DNA of 64,000 nt from Spirochaetia bacterium (GTDB lineage Bacteria; Spirochaetota; Spirochaetia; SZUA-6; Bin103), in NCBI GenBank assembly GCA_965203055.1, contig OZ241863.1, positions 3,520,001 to 3,584,000 on the forward strand. The letters run 5' to 3'. Below, one piece after another: positions 43,001-53,294 of the stretch. Position 1 is the stretch's first letter. Each line of letters opens with the position of its first letter. The notes beneath the pieces are model-generated. The model did no database searches, had not been told where the DNA came from, and saw only the letters and a program-made list of their open reading frames with translations. Both the position numbers and the translations under genes were made by a program.

Positions 43001-44046
43001 CAGGCTCCCTCCTCGCCGCCGATTACCCGTACCTCCCGTTCCAGGCGCACCGCGAAGCGATCTGCCACCGCCGCCTCCACCGCCCGCGCCGCGGCCAGCA
43101 GTTCGGCGCCGGTGGCGCCGCCGTGGTTGACCAGCACCAGGGCATGGCGCTCGGCCACGCCGGCGCGCCCGAAACGGCGCCCGCGCAACCCGCAGGCCTC
43201 GATCAACTGCGCCGCCGAAACCTTCCAGCCGCCCGCGGCCGGCACTCCCGCGACGGCCGAACAGCGGGCGCGCAGGCGCGCGAACTGGTCGGGAGTGAGC
43301 ACCGGGTTCTTGAAGAAGGAGCCGGCATTGGGCAGCGCCTCCGGGTCCGGGAGCTTGCGCCGGCGCAGGCGGACGACCGCCCGGCTCACGTCGGCCACGG
43401 TGGGTTCGGCAACCGCCATCCGGGCAAGCTCCTCGCGCACTCCCGCATACTCCAACTGCAACCGCGGGCGCTTGCGCAGCCGCAACCGCAGCCGGGTTAT
43501 CAACATCCGGTCGCGCAGCGCATGTTTGAACACGCTGTCGCGGTAGCCGAACGCGCACGCCGCCGCGTCCATGACGCGCGGCTTGCCGCCGTCCAGCGGC
43601 ACCGCCTCCAGGTCGAGGAACACGTCGGAGAGTTGGGCGCCGTAGGCGCCGATGTTCTGGATCGGGGCGGCGCCGGCGGAGCCGGGGATCAGACTCAGAT
43701 TCTCGACTCCGCCCCAGCCGCGCGCCACGGCGTAGCGTACCAACCGCGGCCAGTCGTGGCCGGCGGCCGCGGTCAGGATCACCGAATCCGCCTCCTCCCG
43801 CGCCGCGATGCCGGCGGCGCGCGCCATGATCACCACGCCGGGATAGTCCGCGGCAAACAGGACGTTGCTGCCGCCTCCCAACACCAGCCGCGGCAGGCCG
43901 GCGAAGCGCGGGGCGGCCAGCAGCTCGGCCAACTCCCGCGCCGCCTGGTGCGGGTCTGCCCCGCCGACGCGCACCAAGTAGCGCGCCGTTGCCGCCACCC
44001 GCAACGTGGTGCGGGCGGCCAGCGCGGCGTTCGTCTCGACGCGCAC
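43000..44046 (-). CDS. murB: UDP-N-acetylenolpyruvoylglucosamine reductase
   Basis: LGGGSNVLF, ENLSLIPG..GAAPIQNIGAYG, FGYRDSVFK, NAGSFFKNP, HALVLVN, LEREV. Confidence 0.96.
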   Translation of the reverse strand: MRVETNAALAARTTLRVAATARYLVRVGGADPHQAARELAELLAAPRFAGLPRLVLGGGSNVLFAADYPGVVIMARAAGIAAREEADSVILTAAAGHDWPRLVRYAVARGWGGVENLSLIPGSAGAAPIQNIGAYGAQLSDVFLDLEAVPLDGGKPRVMDAAACAFGYRDSVFKHALRDRMLITRLRLRLRKRPRLQLEYAGVREELARMAVAEPTVADVSRAVVRLRRRKLPDPEALPNAGSFFKNPVLTPDQFARLRARCSAVAGVPAAGGWKVSAAQLIEACGLRGRRFGRAGVAERHALVLVNHGGATGAELLAAARAVEAAVADRFAVRLEREVRVIGGEEGA

Positions 44047-44064
44047 GCTCAGGGCGCGCCCGGC

Positions 44065-44952
44065 CTACTCCGCGGCGCCGTTCATGCGCGCCAGCACCTT
44101 GTACAAGCCGTGGGTACCGAGGTCCTCCAGGCCGTCAGCCATGGCGGCGACGTAGAACTGATGCGCCAGCGCCAACCCCGGCAGCGCCAGATTCATCGCC
44201 CGCGCCTCGGCCAGCGCGATGCCCATGTCCTTGACGAAGTGCTTGATGAAGAAGCCGGGATCGAAGTTGCCCTGCACGATACGGCGGCCCAGGTTGTTGA
44301 TCGACCAGCAGGCCGCGGCGCCCTTGCCGATCACGTCGATGATGGCGTCCTGGTCGAGCCCCGCCCGCTGGCCGTACAGCAGCGACTCGACGACCCCGAT
44401 CATGGTGGAGGCGATCAGGATCTGATTGCTCATCTTGGTGTGCTGTCCGGCGCCGGAAGGCCCCATCAGGGCGATGTTCTCGCCCATGATCTCGAACAGC
44501 GGCCTGGCGCGCTCGAAGTCGGCGGCCGCGCCCCCCGCCATGATCGCCAGGGTGCCGCCGCGCGCGCCGACGTCGCCGCCGGACACCGGCGCGTCGAGAG
44601 CGGAACAGCCGCGCGCCGCGGCTGCGGCCGCGATGCGCTTCGCCAGCGACGGTTCCGAGGTGGTCATGTCGATCAGCAGCGTCCCCGGCGCCGCGCTGGC
44701 GACGACACCGTTCTCACCGAGGAATACCTGCTCCACGTCACTGGGGTAGCCGACGATCGCGAACACCACGTCGGACCGGGCCGCCACCGCGCCCGGATCG
44801 GCGCACCAGACGGCCCCGGCGGCCTCCAGATCGGCGGCCCGCTCCCGCGTGCGGGTATACACCGCGGTCTCGCAGCCCGCCTTGAGCAGGTGCATGCACA
44901 TGGAGCGCCCCATCACCCCGCTCCCGACCCATCCGATCCTTCGATCCGCCAT
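44065..44952 (-). CDS. 3-hydroxyisobutyrate dehydrogenase/tartronate semialdehyde reductase family oxidoreductase
   Basis: GWVGSGVMG, DAPVSGGDVGA, GAGQHTKMSNQ, GFFIKHFVKDMGIAL. Confidence 0.92.
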   Translation of the reverse strand: MADRRIGWVGSGVMGRSMCMHLLKAGCETAVYTRTRERAADLEAAGAVWCADPGAVAARSDVVFAIVGYPSDVEQVFLGENGVVASAAPGTLLIDMTTSEPSLAKRIAAAAAARGCSALDAPVSGGDVGARGGTLAIMAGGAAADFERARPLFEIMGENIALMGPSGAGQHTKMSNQILIASTMIGVVESLLYGQRAGLDQDAIIDVIGKGAAACWSINNLGRRIVQGNFDPGFFIKHFVKDMGIALAEARAMNLALPGLALAHQFYVAAMADGLEDLGTHGLYKVLARMNGAAE

Positions 44953-45293
44953 CCGTAGCATCTACCTCGTCGTGCGCGGCGCCGCGGCAATTCCACGGCG
45001 CCGGTTTGCTTGCCCGGAGTATCCCGGACGCCTCCTGCGGCGGTCAAGCTGCCGGGGGGCCGGCCGTGCCGTGTCCCCCTTACTCTTCCACTACCTGAAC
45101 CTGAAGCTGCTTGCCGTCCAGCGTGCGGCGCGCCCAATACAGGTTCTGGTACTGATCGTAGCCGCCCTCTGCCAGCCGCACTACGCCGATCGCACCACCG
45201 GGCGCCGAAAAACTCGCGGTGGGGGCCGACAGTAGCATAGGCGAGTCCCCCGCGGCAGTCAAACGAACCGGCGTCCCGCGAATGCCAAGCCGT

Positions 45294-45809
45294 TCACCAT
45301 GTCCCATGAAGACCAAGCTTGCCGAGCAAGGAATGCGCCTTCCTGATGCGTTGCTCCGTCGCCTTGAGAGGCTTGCGTATCTTGGTCTCCGTGACGGCCT
45401 GATCCTTGTAGCCGCCCTCATCACGCAAATAGAGGATCGTGGCCGCGATCTCCAGAACGATGTCAGAGACCTCATCTTTCATCACCTTAAGCAAATGGCC
45501 GGCCTTGCAAGCAGATAGTCCGCCGATCCGGTCATGCTCAGTGCCATCTCCTGTGAGGCTGAAGATTGCATACTGAATACCGTAGCGCCCCGGCTTTTCA
45601 TCAATCTCGATCTGACCCTCGGCAAGTGCATCGGTCAAACCGTCGGCGAGAGCGAACGAGTATGGTCCGTAATGGTGATAGACAAAGTTCAACTTGAAGT
45701 TCCCCCCACAGCGATGCAGCAGATAAGCTTGCTTCTGCAAACGGGTCCGCCCCACGAGCTTACCACCGTACAGCGCTATCAGATTGACCACGATATCCTT
45801 AGCAGTCAT
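45294..45809 (-). CDS. YwgA-like protein (winged helix, SocA/DUF4065-like motif)
   Basis: GRTRLQKQAYLL...F.YHHYGPYS..L, LEIAATILYL; ATGA overlap with the HD gene. Confidence 0.75.
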   Translation of the reverse strand: MTAKDIVVNLIALYGGKLVGRTRLQKQAYLLHRCGGNFKLNFVYHHYGPYSFALADGLTDALAEGQIEIDEKPGRYGIQYAIFSLTGDGTEHDRIGGLSACKAGHLLKVMKDEVSDIVLEIAATILYLRDEGGYKDQAVTETKIRKPLKATEQRIRKAHSLLGKLGLHGTW

Positions 45810-47125
45810 CTCATTTCCTCCACTATATTGAGAACCTTATCAGCTTTGTCAGAGTCCGGTGCATATACCCGATGGATCCGTTCCCTGTCCCTGAGTGCCG
45901 CGACAATATTCGATTTTGTGGCAATATCCATCGGTTCATTCGTATCCGTCTGTATTAACACTTTTTTGAGCGCTGAAGAGTCTTCGAAAGAGTACCGCTT
46001 GTACGGCTCAATTGATGATCCGTCGAAGATCAAATCTTCATGCCAATCAAAATTACGCAATTCTCTCTGAACACGAAGATACAAGTTGCCTCTCGGATCA
46101 TCGTGGACGCCTACGTCAACGCATTTATAAAGCTCCCTATCCCGCAGGCGTCTTGCAAGCTCCGATATATCCCGGTTAGAATGATCTTTATAACACAGCA
46201 ACGCCGACCAGATCGCCGCGTCGTCGAGATCCATATATGACCCGATCGTTGGCTCTCTCAAGTAACGCAGGACCGGCTCTCGATTCGCAAGTCCAACGTC
46301 CTCTTCTTCAGCTACGGTCTTCAACAGCGTCACAAGCATTTTCTCAGCAGCTCGGGTCGTCTTGTGCATGTAGACCATCCGGTAAAGGCGAAACCTCGCC
46401 TCCAGATATTCCTCCGCTACCGATAAGCCCTTGGGACCGAGGCAGAGACACGACGCCTCATATGGATCATTATCGTCAATTGTGACCGATCCGACCTGCA
46501 GGCAGTCGAACAGCCAGTCGCAATCAAAGTGACCAAACCCAACGCCGGTCTCCATTCTATCTCGCTGAATGTAGTCGAGCCGGTCGGCATCGAATTGGCT
46601 GGACACTATAGTGGCGTAGATATCCTCGGGTTCTTCTTCCTTCAGAAGTGCGCCGATCTGTTCGGGCAACTCCTCATCTACCTTTCGCAAGATATGATTT
46701 ACCTTGGTATCTCCTTGGACGATCTCCGCGCTCCAGTCCACGTGTGTCTTCTTCGGACCTGTTGCATCGACGAACTCAAACACATGGCTGAACGGTCCGT
46801 GTCCAATATCGTGCAGGAGAGCGGCAAGAAGTGCGACACGTTCGCGTTCATGGTTCTTGTTACCGTTGTTCTGTTGCCGGACGATCACGTCAGCGAGACG
46901 ACGCGCAGTGTGATAGACGCCGACACTGTGGGCGAAGCGGCTGTGCGTCGCGCCGGGGTACACCAGTTCGGAGAATCCCAGCTGACGAATGCGTCGCAGC
47001 CGCTGGAACTCCGGTGTGTTGATAAGCGACCACGCGATACCATCTGTCTGGTCCCGGTCCTGATTTCCGCTCCCACCGAATACGATGAGCCCGTGAACGG
47101 GGTCACGGATGCGCTGCGTCACCAC
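45806..47125 (-). CDS. HD-domain dNTP triphosphohydrolase (SAMHD1/YwfO-like); start uncertain
   Basis: RDPVHG, FQRLRRIRQLG, HSRFAHSVG, LLHDIGHGPFSH, DADRLDY..RD, MVYMHK. Confidence 0.9.
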   Translation of the reverse strand: MVTQRIRDPVHGLIVFGGSGNQDRDQTDGIAWSLINTPEFQRLRRIRQLGFSELVYPGATHSRFAHSVGVYHTARRLADVIVRQQNNGNKNHERERVALLAALLHDIGHGPFSHVFEFVDATGPKKTHVDWSAEIVQGDTKVNHILRKVDEELPEQIGALLKEEEPEDIYATIVSSQFDADRLDYIQRDRMETGVGFGHFDCDWLFDCLQVGSVTIDDNDPYEASCLCLGPKGLSVAEEYLEARFRLYRMVYMHKTTRAAEKMLVTLLKTVAEEEDVGLANREPVLRYLREPTIGSYMDLDDAAIWSALLCYKDHSNRDISELARRLRDRELYKCVDVGVHDDPRGNLYLRVQRELRNFDWHEDLIFDGSSIEPYKRYSFEDSSALKKVLIQTDTNEPMDIATKSNIVAALRDRERIHRVYAPDSDKADKVLNIVEEMR

Positions 47126-47292
47126 CGGCGGAGAACCGTCCCAGGCCACATGAAACAGATGATACAGACAATTGTCTGCCTCGTCAAGCACTTGCTCAGA
47201 AAGAAGCCCGGCGTGCCATGAGCCATCGACGCGTAGAAACCCACCGACGCTGTGTTCACCGATGCACTAAACAGCCACTGCAACCACAGCCG

Positions 47293-48330
47293 CTACAGCG
47301 GGGCTTGGCGGCGGCACTCCTCCATGACCCGCATCTGGCGCAGGACCTGCTCCGGCGGGACCGGCACCGGCCGGCCGGCCCGGACGGCAGCGTGCAGGTC
47401 CAGGTAGAAACCGGCGTCGCCGGGGCCTGCCGCGTCCTCCTCCTGCGACCAGGTGCGCTCCACCCACACCGCGGGATCGCGGTTGTAGCTGCGGTCGGGG
47501 GTCGGCTCGGTGCTGAGCGTCCGCTCCGGCAGCGCCCCCGGCTCGACGTAGCGCCAGCGCAGCGCCGTGCGGGAACCGGTCAGACCGCCCTCGCTGCCCA
47601 TCACCAGCCACTGCTCCTGCGGGAACGCGCACGCGGCGCTGACTTCGATCTGCACCGTCGGCCGCTGCGCCCCCCGCAATAGGATCAGCAAGTGATCATC
47701 GGCATCGCCGAGGGTCCGCACCCGATCGCGCACGCAGGTCACCTGCGGCTCGCCGTCTCCATACAGGAGCAGGCCGATGTCGATGACGTGCGGGCCGGTG
47801 TTGTTCATCGAACCGCCGCCGTAGCGCTGCAGGGTCTGCCAATCCCAGCGCCGAGTGAACGAATGATAGGCGACGCGCGCCTGCACGATGCGCCCCAACA
47901 CCCCGGACGCGATCACCTCGCGTACCTTCACCACGTCGCCGTGATAGCGGTAGTTCTGGAACACGGTGAGCAGCCGGCCGGTGGCCGCGGCCGTCGCGGC
48001 CATGTTGGCGGCCGCCGCCAAGTCGGTAGCCATCGGCTTTTCGCAGACCACGTGCTTGCCGGCGCGCAGCGCGGCGACGGCGTACTCGGCGTGCAGGTTG
48101 CTCGGCGCCGCGACTACCACCACCTCCACGCGCGCGTCGTCGAGCAGCGCGGCGAACTCGCGGTAGGCCGCGCAGCCGAACCGCTCCTCCGCCTCCGCCC
48201 GCCGCGCCGCCAGCGGATCGGCCACCGCGGCCACGCGGTAGTGGGCGCGCAACCCGTCCAGCAGCCGCGCGTGAATCTCCCAGCCGCTGCGTCCCAGCCC
48301 GGCGATCCCAATCCCAATTTCCGAAGCCAC
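47293..48330 (-). CDS. Gfo/Idh/MocA family oxidoreductase
   Basis: GLGRSG, HVVCEKP, VFQNYRY, GGSMNNTGPHVID. Confidence 0.92.
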   Translation of the reverse strand: MASEIGIGIAGLGRSGWEIHARLLDGLRAHYRVAAVADPLAARRAEAEERFGCAAYREFAALLDDARVEVVVVAAPSNLHAEYAVAALRAGKHVVCEKPMATDLAAAANMAATAAATGRLLTVFQNYRYHGDVVKVREVIASGVLGRIVQARVAYHSFTRRWDWQTLQRYGGGSMNNTGPHVIDIGLLLYGDGEPQVTCVRDRVRTLGDADDHLLILLRGAQRPTVQIEVSAACAFPQEQWLVMGSEGGLTGSRTALRWRYVEPGALPERTLSTEPTPDRSYNRDPAVWVERTWSQEEDAAGPGDAGFYLDLHAAVRAGRPVPVPPEQVLRQMRVMEECRRQAPL

Positions 48331-48336
48331 GCCAGG

Positions 48337-49341
48337 CTAGTCCGACTGGGTGAAGGCGGCGTCGAAGGCGATCTGCGAAGCGGTGAGATCGGTGCGGCGC
48401 ACGAAGGAGAGCGCTTCGGGGGCGCCCTGCTCGCGGTCCATGCCGCTGTCCTCCCACTCGATGGAGAGCGGCCCCTGGTAGCCGATTGCGTTCAGCGCCC
48501 GGAACACCCGCTCGAACGGCACCTCGCCGCGCCCCGGCGACACGAAGTCCCAGCCGCGGCGCATGTTGCCGAACTCCAGGTGGGACGCCAGGGCGCCGTT
48601 GCGCCCGTTGTGGTTGCGCTGCGATTCCTTGACGTGGGCGTGGTAGATACGGTCCGCGAAGTCGAGCACGAACTGCTCCGGATCGACCGCCTGCCACACC
48701 AGGTGGCTGGGATCGAAGTTGATCCCGAACGCCGGGCGCCGGTCGACCGCCCGGAGGGTACGCTCGGTAGTCCAGTAATCGTAGGCGATTTCCGAGGGAT
48801 GCACCTCCAGGGCGAACTTCACGCCCTCCCGGTCGAACACGTCCAGAATCGGATTCCAGCGGTCGGCGAAGTCCTGGTAGCCGGCCTCGATCATCCCCTC
48901 TACCGCCGGCGGAAACCCGGCCAGCGCGTACCAGATGCTGGAGCCGGTGAACCCCGCCACGGTGGTGACCCCGAACTTCGCGGCCGCCCGGGCCGTGTCC
49001 TTCATCGCTTCGGCGGCCCGTTGGCGCACCCCTTCCGCATCGCCGTCCCCCCAGATGTCCGGTCCCACGATGCCCTGGTGGCGGGCGTCGATCGGCGAAT
49101 CGCACACGCACTGGCCGACCAGGTGATTGCTGATGACGTGGCACTTCAAGCCGTGGCGCGCGAGCAGCTCGCGCTTGGCGGCGACGTAGCCGGGATCGGC
49201 CAGCGCCTTGTCGACCTCGAAGTGATCTCCCCAGCACGCCAGCTCCAGGCCGTCGAAGCCCCAGGCCTGCGCCTTCCCGCACAGTTCCGCGAGCGGCAGA
49301 TCCGCCCACTGGCCGGTGAACAAGGTTACCTCTCGTGCCAT
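48337..49341 (-). CDS. Sugar phosphate isomerase/epimerase (xylose-isomerase-like TIM barrel)
   Basis: [38 protein letters not shown]. Confidence 0.9.
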   Translation of the reverse strand: MAREVTLFTGQWADLPLAELCGKAQAWGFDGLELACWGDHFEVDKALADPGYVAAKRELLARHGLKCHVISNHLVGQCVCDSPIDARHQGIVGPDIWGDGDAEGVRQRAAEAMKDTARAAAKFGVTTVAGFTGSSIWYALAGFPPAVEGMIEAGYQDFADRWNPILDVFDREGVKFALEVHPSEIAYDYWTTERTLRAVDRRPAFGINFDPSHLVWQAVDPEQFVLDFADRIYHAHVKESQRNHNGRNGALASHLEFGNMRRGWDFVSPGRGEVPFERVFRALNAIGYQGPLSIEWEDSGMDREQGAPEALSFVRRTDLTASQIAFDAAFTQSD

Positions 49342-49343
49342 GC

Positions 49344-50501
49344 CTATACCTCCAGCTTGGTCCACTTTTGGGCGCTGGCGGAGCTGGCGACGCAGGCCGC
49401 AATGAAGGCCATGCCGCGCACTCCGTCATGCACCGTCGGAAAATCGAGATGTTCCGGCGCCGGCTGCTCCCCGGCCAGCCGCGCCTGCAGCGCCAGCGCG
49501 TAGTTGCGATACAGATTGGCGAACGCTTCGACGAACCCCTCCGGGTGCCCGGGCGGCAGCCGGGTGTGCGCGGCGCTGGCGGCCGACAGCTCGCCGACGC
49601 CGGTGCGGCGCACCTCGCGATGCTTCGCCCCCCACTTGACGGTGAGCGTGTTGGGCTCTTCCTGACGCCATTCCAGCCCCGCGTCCGCGCCGTAGACGCG
49701 AATGGCGAGGGGATTTTCCTCGCCGGCGGAAATCTGACTCGCGTACAGCACCCCGCGGGCGCCCTGCTCCAGGCGCACCAGGACGTTGCCGTCGTCTTCC
49801 AGCTTGCGGCCCGCCACGAACGTAGTGAGATCGGCGCACAGCTCGGTGACACGCAGTCCGGTAACGTACTCCAGCAGGTTCTCGGCGTGGGTGCCGATGT
49901 CGCCGATGCAGGAGCTGGCGCCGGCGCGCGCCGGATCGGTGCGCCAGCTTGCCTGCTTCTGGCCGTCGGCTTCGATCAACTCGGCCAGCCAACCCTGGGG
50001 ATACTCCACCACCACCTTGCGAACCTTGCCGAGCGCCCCGCTGCGCACCAGGTGGCGCGCCTCCTTCACCATCGGGTAGCCGGTGTAGTTGTGGGTCAGG
50101 CCGAACTGCAGCCCGGTGCGCTCCACCAGCTCCTGCAACTGCCTGGCCTCCGCCAGATCGAAGGTCATCGGCTTGTCGCTCATCACGTGGAAGCCGGCCT
50201 CCAGCGCCGCCTTGGCCACCGGAAAGTGGACGTGGTTGGGGGTGACGATGGACACGAAGTCCATGCGCTCGCCCGGCGGCATGGCCGCCTCCGCTTCGAT
50301 CATCTCCCGGTAGCTGCCGTAGACGCGGTCGGGCGGCAGGTAGAGGTCGGCGCCGGAGGCCCGCGACCGTTGCGGATCGCTGCTGAACGCCCCGCACACC
50401 AGCTCGACGTGGCCGTCGAGGGCGGCCGCCATGCGGTGGACGGCGCCGATGAAAGCGTCCCGGCCGCCGCCCACCATTCCCATGCGAATTTTGCGACTCA
50501 T
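49344..50501 (-). CDS. Gfo/Idh/MocA family oxidoreductase
   Basis: [40 protein letters not shown]. Confidence 0.93.
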   Translation of the reverse strand: MSRKIRMGMVGGGRDAFIGAVHRMAAALDGHVELVCGAFSSDPQRSRASGADLYLPPDRVYGSYREMIEAEAAMPPGERMDFVSIVTPNHVHFPVAKAALEAGFHVMSDKPMTFDLAEARQLQELVERTGLQFGLTHNYTGYPMVKEARHLVRSGALGKVRKVVVEYPQGWLAELIEADGQKQASWRTDPARAGASSCIGDIGTHAENLLEYVTGLRVTELCADLTTFVAGRKLEDDGNVLVRLEQGARGVLYASQISAGEENPLAIRVYGADAGLEWRQEEPNTLTVKWGAKHREVRRTGVGELSAASAAHTRLPPGHPEGFVEAFANLYRNYALALQARLAGEQPAPEHLDFPTVHDGVRGMAFIAACVASSASAQKWTKLEV

Positions 50502-50514
50502 GGACCTGATCCTA

Positions 50515-51369
50515 TCACCGACCGACCGGTTCGCGCACCCGGCGGGCGGCCCCGGACGCGGCGCCGGACGCCGCGCCGGAGGCGGCGCCGAACAGATCGG
50601 CGCGGCGGTTGGCCAACAACCCCAGCCGGCGCTGCTGCCGGGCGATGGCGGCCGGGTCCAGGTCGGCCCGGATCACGCAGTCGGAATCCTCCCGGGCGCG
50701 CGCCAGCACCTCGCCGTGCGGCCCCACGATCATGCTGTTGCCGCGGCAGCGCAACCCCTCGGCGAAGCTGACGATGTCCGCCCCCGCCACGAACATGCTG
50801 TTGTCCAGGGCGCGCGCCCGCAACGCCAGCTCCCACTCGGCGGGCGGTCCCAGCCAGGCGGTGGGCACCAGCGCCAGCTCCGCCCCCCCGGCGGCGGCGC
50901 ACCGCGCCAGCTCCGGGAAGCGGGTATCGAAGCAGATCCAGCCGCTGGCCGCGACCCCCCCGACCGTGAACACCGGCACCTCGTCGCCGGCCGTAGCCCA
51001 TGAGATCTCGGCGCCGAACAGATGCAGCTTGCGGTAGGAGGCCACCAGCGCGCCCGCCCGGTCCACCACCACCAGACTGTCGTAGAGCGCGCCGTCGGGC
51101 GCCCGCTCGGCAATGCCGAACGCCACCGCGATGCCGGCCGCGGCCGCATCCCGCTGCACCCGCGCCACCGCCGGCCCCGGCACCGGTTCGGCTTGCTCCG
51201 GCACCCGCTCGGCGGCCAGGTAGCCGCTCACGATCAGTTCCGGAAACACCAGCACGGCGCATCCCGCGCTGGCGGCCTCCTCCATCTGGGACCGCATCCG
51301 ATCCAGGTTGTACGCCTTGTCCGCGGGGCGGGCCCGGAACTGGCCGCACGCGACGCGCGTCATGTGCAT
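50515..51369 (-). CDS. Carbon-nitrogen hydrolase (nitrilase/amidase superfamily)
   Basis: Glu-Lys-Cys triad motifs VFPEL, YRKLHL, ICFDTRFPE; AAGGAG SD. Confidence 0.92.
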   Translation of the reverse strand: MHMTRVACGQFRARPADKAYNLDRMRSQMEEAASAGCAVLVFPELIVSGYLAAERVPEQAEPVPGPAVARVQRDAAAAGIAVAFGIAERAPDGALYDSLVVVDRAGALVASYRKLHLFGAEISWATAGDEVPVFTVGGVAASGWICFDTRFPELARCAAAGGAELALVPTAWLGPPAEWELALRARALDNSMFVAGADIVSFAEGLRCRGNSMIVGPHGEVLARAREDSDCVIRADLDPAAIARQQRRLGLLANRRADLFGAASGAASGAASGAARRVREPVGR

Positions 51370-51381
51370 TCGCTCACTCCT

Positions 51382-52587
51382 TCAGTCGATGGCGCCCGGC
51401 GCATGGCCGTGCATGACCTGCTTCACCGTGCCGTCGGGGTTGAACGTATAGGTAACGTTGGCCCACGTCACCCGGCGCATGAACACGGAACGCACCGCGC
51501 TCAACAGCGCCACCGTGCCGGCCAAGGGGGCCAGCGCCACCCACTGCAGCCGCCCGAAGGTGATCGGGCCGGGCCGCGGCGCGGTGATCAGCAGCGGTAC
51601 GGCGAGCAGCGCCAGGAGCAGCGCCGCGGCGGCGGCGGCCGGCCACGCGCCCGGAGCCCCCCAGCCCGTCAGCGCCGCCGCCAGTACCACCAGCGCCGCC
51701 GCTACCGCGGCGCCGGCCAGCAGCAGCGCGGCCAGCGCCGCGCGCCACCAGCCCGGCGTGTAGAGCCGCATGTAATACACTTGGCGGCTGAACCAGTCGA
51801 GCAGTTCCGGCAGCCGGGCGATTGCCTCCCGGGTCGGTGACACGCACCAGGGCACGAACTCGCGGCGCGCCCCGTGGCGCTGCAGGAGGGTCTGCAAGGC
51901 CAAGTCGTCGGAGAGGCGCCGGCGCCAGTACTCGGCGACCTGCAGCCGCTGCCAGTCGCTGCGCCGGATCGCCCAGGTGCCCCCCCACACGACGCGCGAG
52001 GTGGGCCAGGCCGCCAACGTCGCCATGTACGCCGACAGCACGGTGTGCACCCGCGCCGCCAGCCCGCCGGCTACCGGCGCCAGCCAGCGGTAGCCGGTGG
52101 TAACGGTAACGCCGTGCGCCACCAGCGCGCCCACCAGGCGGCGCAGCAGGTCGGGGTGGGGCTCGATGTCGGAGTCGCAGAAGGCGAATACCTCGGCCGC
52201 CGGCGGCGCCGCGGCTACCGCGGCCAGCAGGTTGTGGATCTTCTGCGAACCGGCGCCGGCCAACCCCGCCACCAGGTGCCGCACGTGATCATGGCGCGCG
52301 GCCAGCGCCGCCGCCAGCGGCGCGGCGGCGTCGGCCGCGCTTTCCGTGACGAAGGAAATCAGCAGCGGCCGGTAGCGCTGCGCGGCGAACGCCTGCAGAT
52401 GACGCGCCAAATGCGGGCCGCCGCCCTTGCACGGCACCACCAAGTGGACGGGCGGCGCCGGGCGCCGGTCCGGCCCCGGGCGGTAGCGCTTGCGCCGCCA
52501 CCAGCTCACCACCGGCGGCGCAAGCTGGACCAGCCCGCCGCCGGCGAGCAGGAGCGCCAGCAGCGCCTCGCCGCCCGGAGCGCTCAA
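51382..52587 (-). CDS. GT2/GT21-like (ceramide glucosyltransferase-like) membrane glycosyltransferase
   Basis: VVPCKG, SQKIHNL, FCDSD, TTGYRW, SDD, WFSRQ, TM helices. Confidence 0.85.
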   Translation of the reverse strand: MSAPGGEALLALLLAGGGLVQLAPPVVSWWRRKRYRPGPDRRPAPPVHLVVPCKGGGPHLARHLQAFAAQRYRPLLISFVTESAADAAAPLAAALAARHDHVRHLVAGLAGAGSQKIHNLLAAVAAAPPAAEVFAFCDSDIEPHPDLLRRLVGALVAHGVTVTTGYRWLAPVAGGLAARVHTVLSAYMATLAAWPTSRVVWGGTWAIRRSDWQRLQVAEYWRRRLSDDLALQTLLQRHGARREFVPWCVSPTREAIARLPELLDWFSRQVYYMRLYTPGWWRAALAALLLAGAAVAAALVVLAAALTGWGAPGAWPAAAAAALLLALLAVPLLITAPRPGPITFGRLQWVALAPLAGTVALLSAVRSVFMRRVTWANVTYTFNPDGTVKQVMHGHAPGAID

Positions 52588-53069
52588 TCCGGCGTCCCGG
52601 CGGCGGCCGAGGCGGTCAGCCAGCGCGCCAGGGCCTTGTCGGGCCGCTCCAATTCCTCCAGGTCGGTGTAGTAGTAGTCCTCCCAGCCCCGTTCCGGGAG
52701 CCCCGCGAACAGCATCAGGTTGAGCGGATAGCGTTCGCTGTCGGTGCAGCGGCGCAGGTCGTCCCGGAACAGGAACGTCGGAATGCGCCGCGCGATGGCC
52801 ACTCCCAACTCCACCATCACCCCCTCGTCCGGCGGGGTACCGTTGACCACGGCGAAGATCGCGTCACAGGTGAGCGCGTCGTTGAGGTCGCGCTGCGCCA
52901 CGCGATAGGCCCACCCGGGATTCGGAATATCCCAGTTGTTGCGCGCGAACGGCTCCCACACCTCGGCGCCAAGCGCCTCCAGCCGCGCCACGATGGGCGG
53001 CAGCAGCAACGCCTTCTGCTGCTTCGAGAATCCGTATGGACTCGCCAGATAGATCCGCTTGCGTGCCAT
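52584..53069 (-). CDS. Nucleoside 2-deoxyribosyltransferase family protein
   Basis: IYLASPYGF, RDL, PDEGVMVELGVA, LNLM. Confidence 0.9.
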   Translation of the reverse strand: MARKRIYLASPYGFSKQQKALLLPPIVARLEALGAEVWEPFARNNWDIPNPGWAYRVAQRDLNDALTCDAIFAVVNGTPPDEGVMVELGVAIARRIPTFLFRDDLRRCTDSERYPLNLMLFAGLPERGWEDYYYTDLEELERPDKALARWLTASAAAGTPD

Positions 53070-53202
53070 GGGTGCACGGTACCCATCGCCGCCGCGCCCG
53101 ACAACGTATCCGGGGTCAGCCGGCAGATTTCTCTCCGACCGGTGTAACCTTCCTGCGCGGAGGTTGTTCTACCTTATAGACACTGGGAGGGGGAAAGCCA
53201 AA

Positions 53203-53294
53203 ACCCGCGCTTGCGGGTACCTTAACCCCAGGTCTATCTGTTGCCATCCGCCGGCCCCTGGGGTTTCACCTCCTTTACCCAGGGGCCTTTCTTT
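53203..53294 (+). ncRNA. Candidate structured RNA, copy 1 (terminator-like hairpin with anti-SD loop)
   Basis: ACCCGC-GCTT-GCGGGT hairpin, then GGCCCCTGGG-GTTTCACCTCCTTTA-CCCAGGGGCC followed by TTTCTTT; 5' boundary approximate. Confidence 0.55.

Noticed and set aside
45080..45238. 52-aa minus-strand ORF MLLSAPTASF...QVQVVEE
   Set aside because: Protein-like but with no SD or recognisable family; possibly a remnant at the islet edge, not supportable as a gene
53266..53276. TCACCTCCTTT as a 16S rRNA remnant or as the RBS of a minus-strand gene
   Set aside because: No other 16S sequence is adjacent, and the nearest ATG on the minus strand is about 20 nt from the SD in both copies
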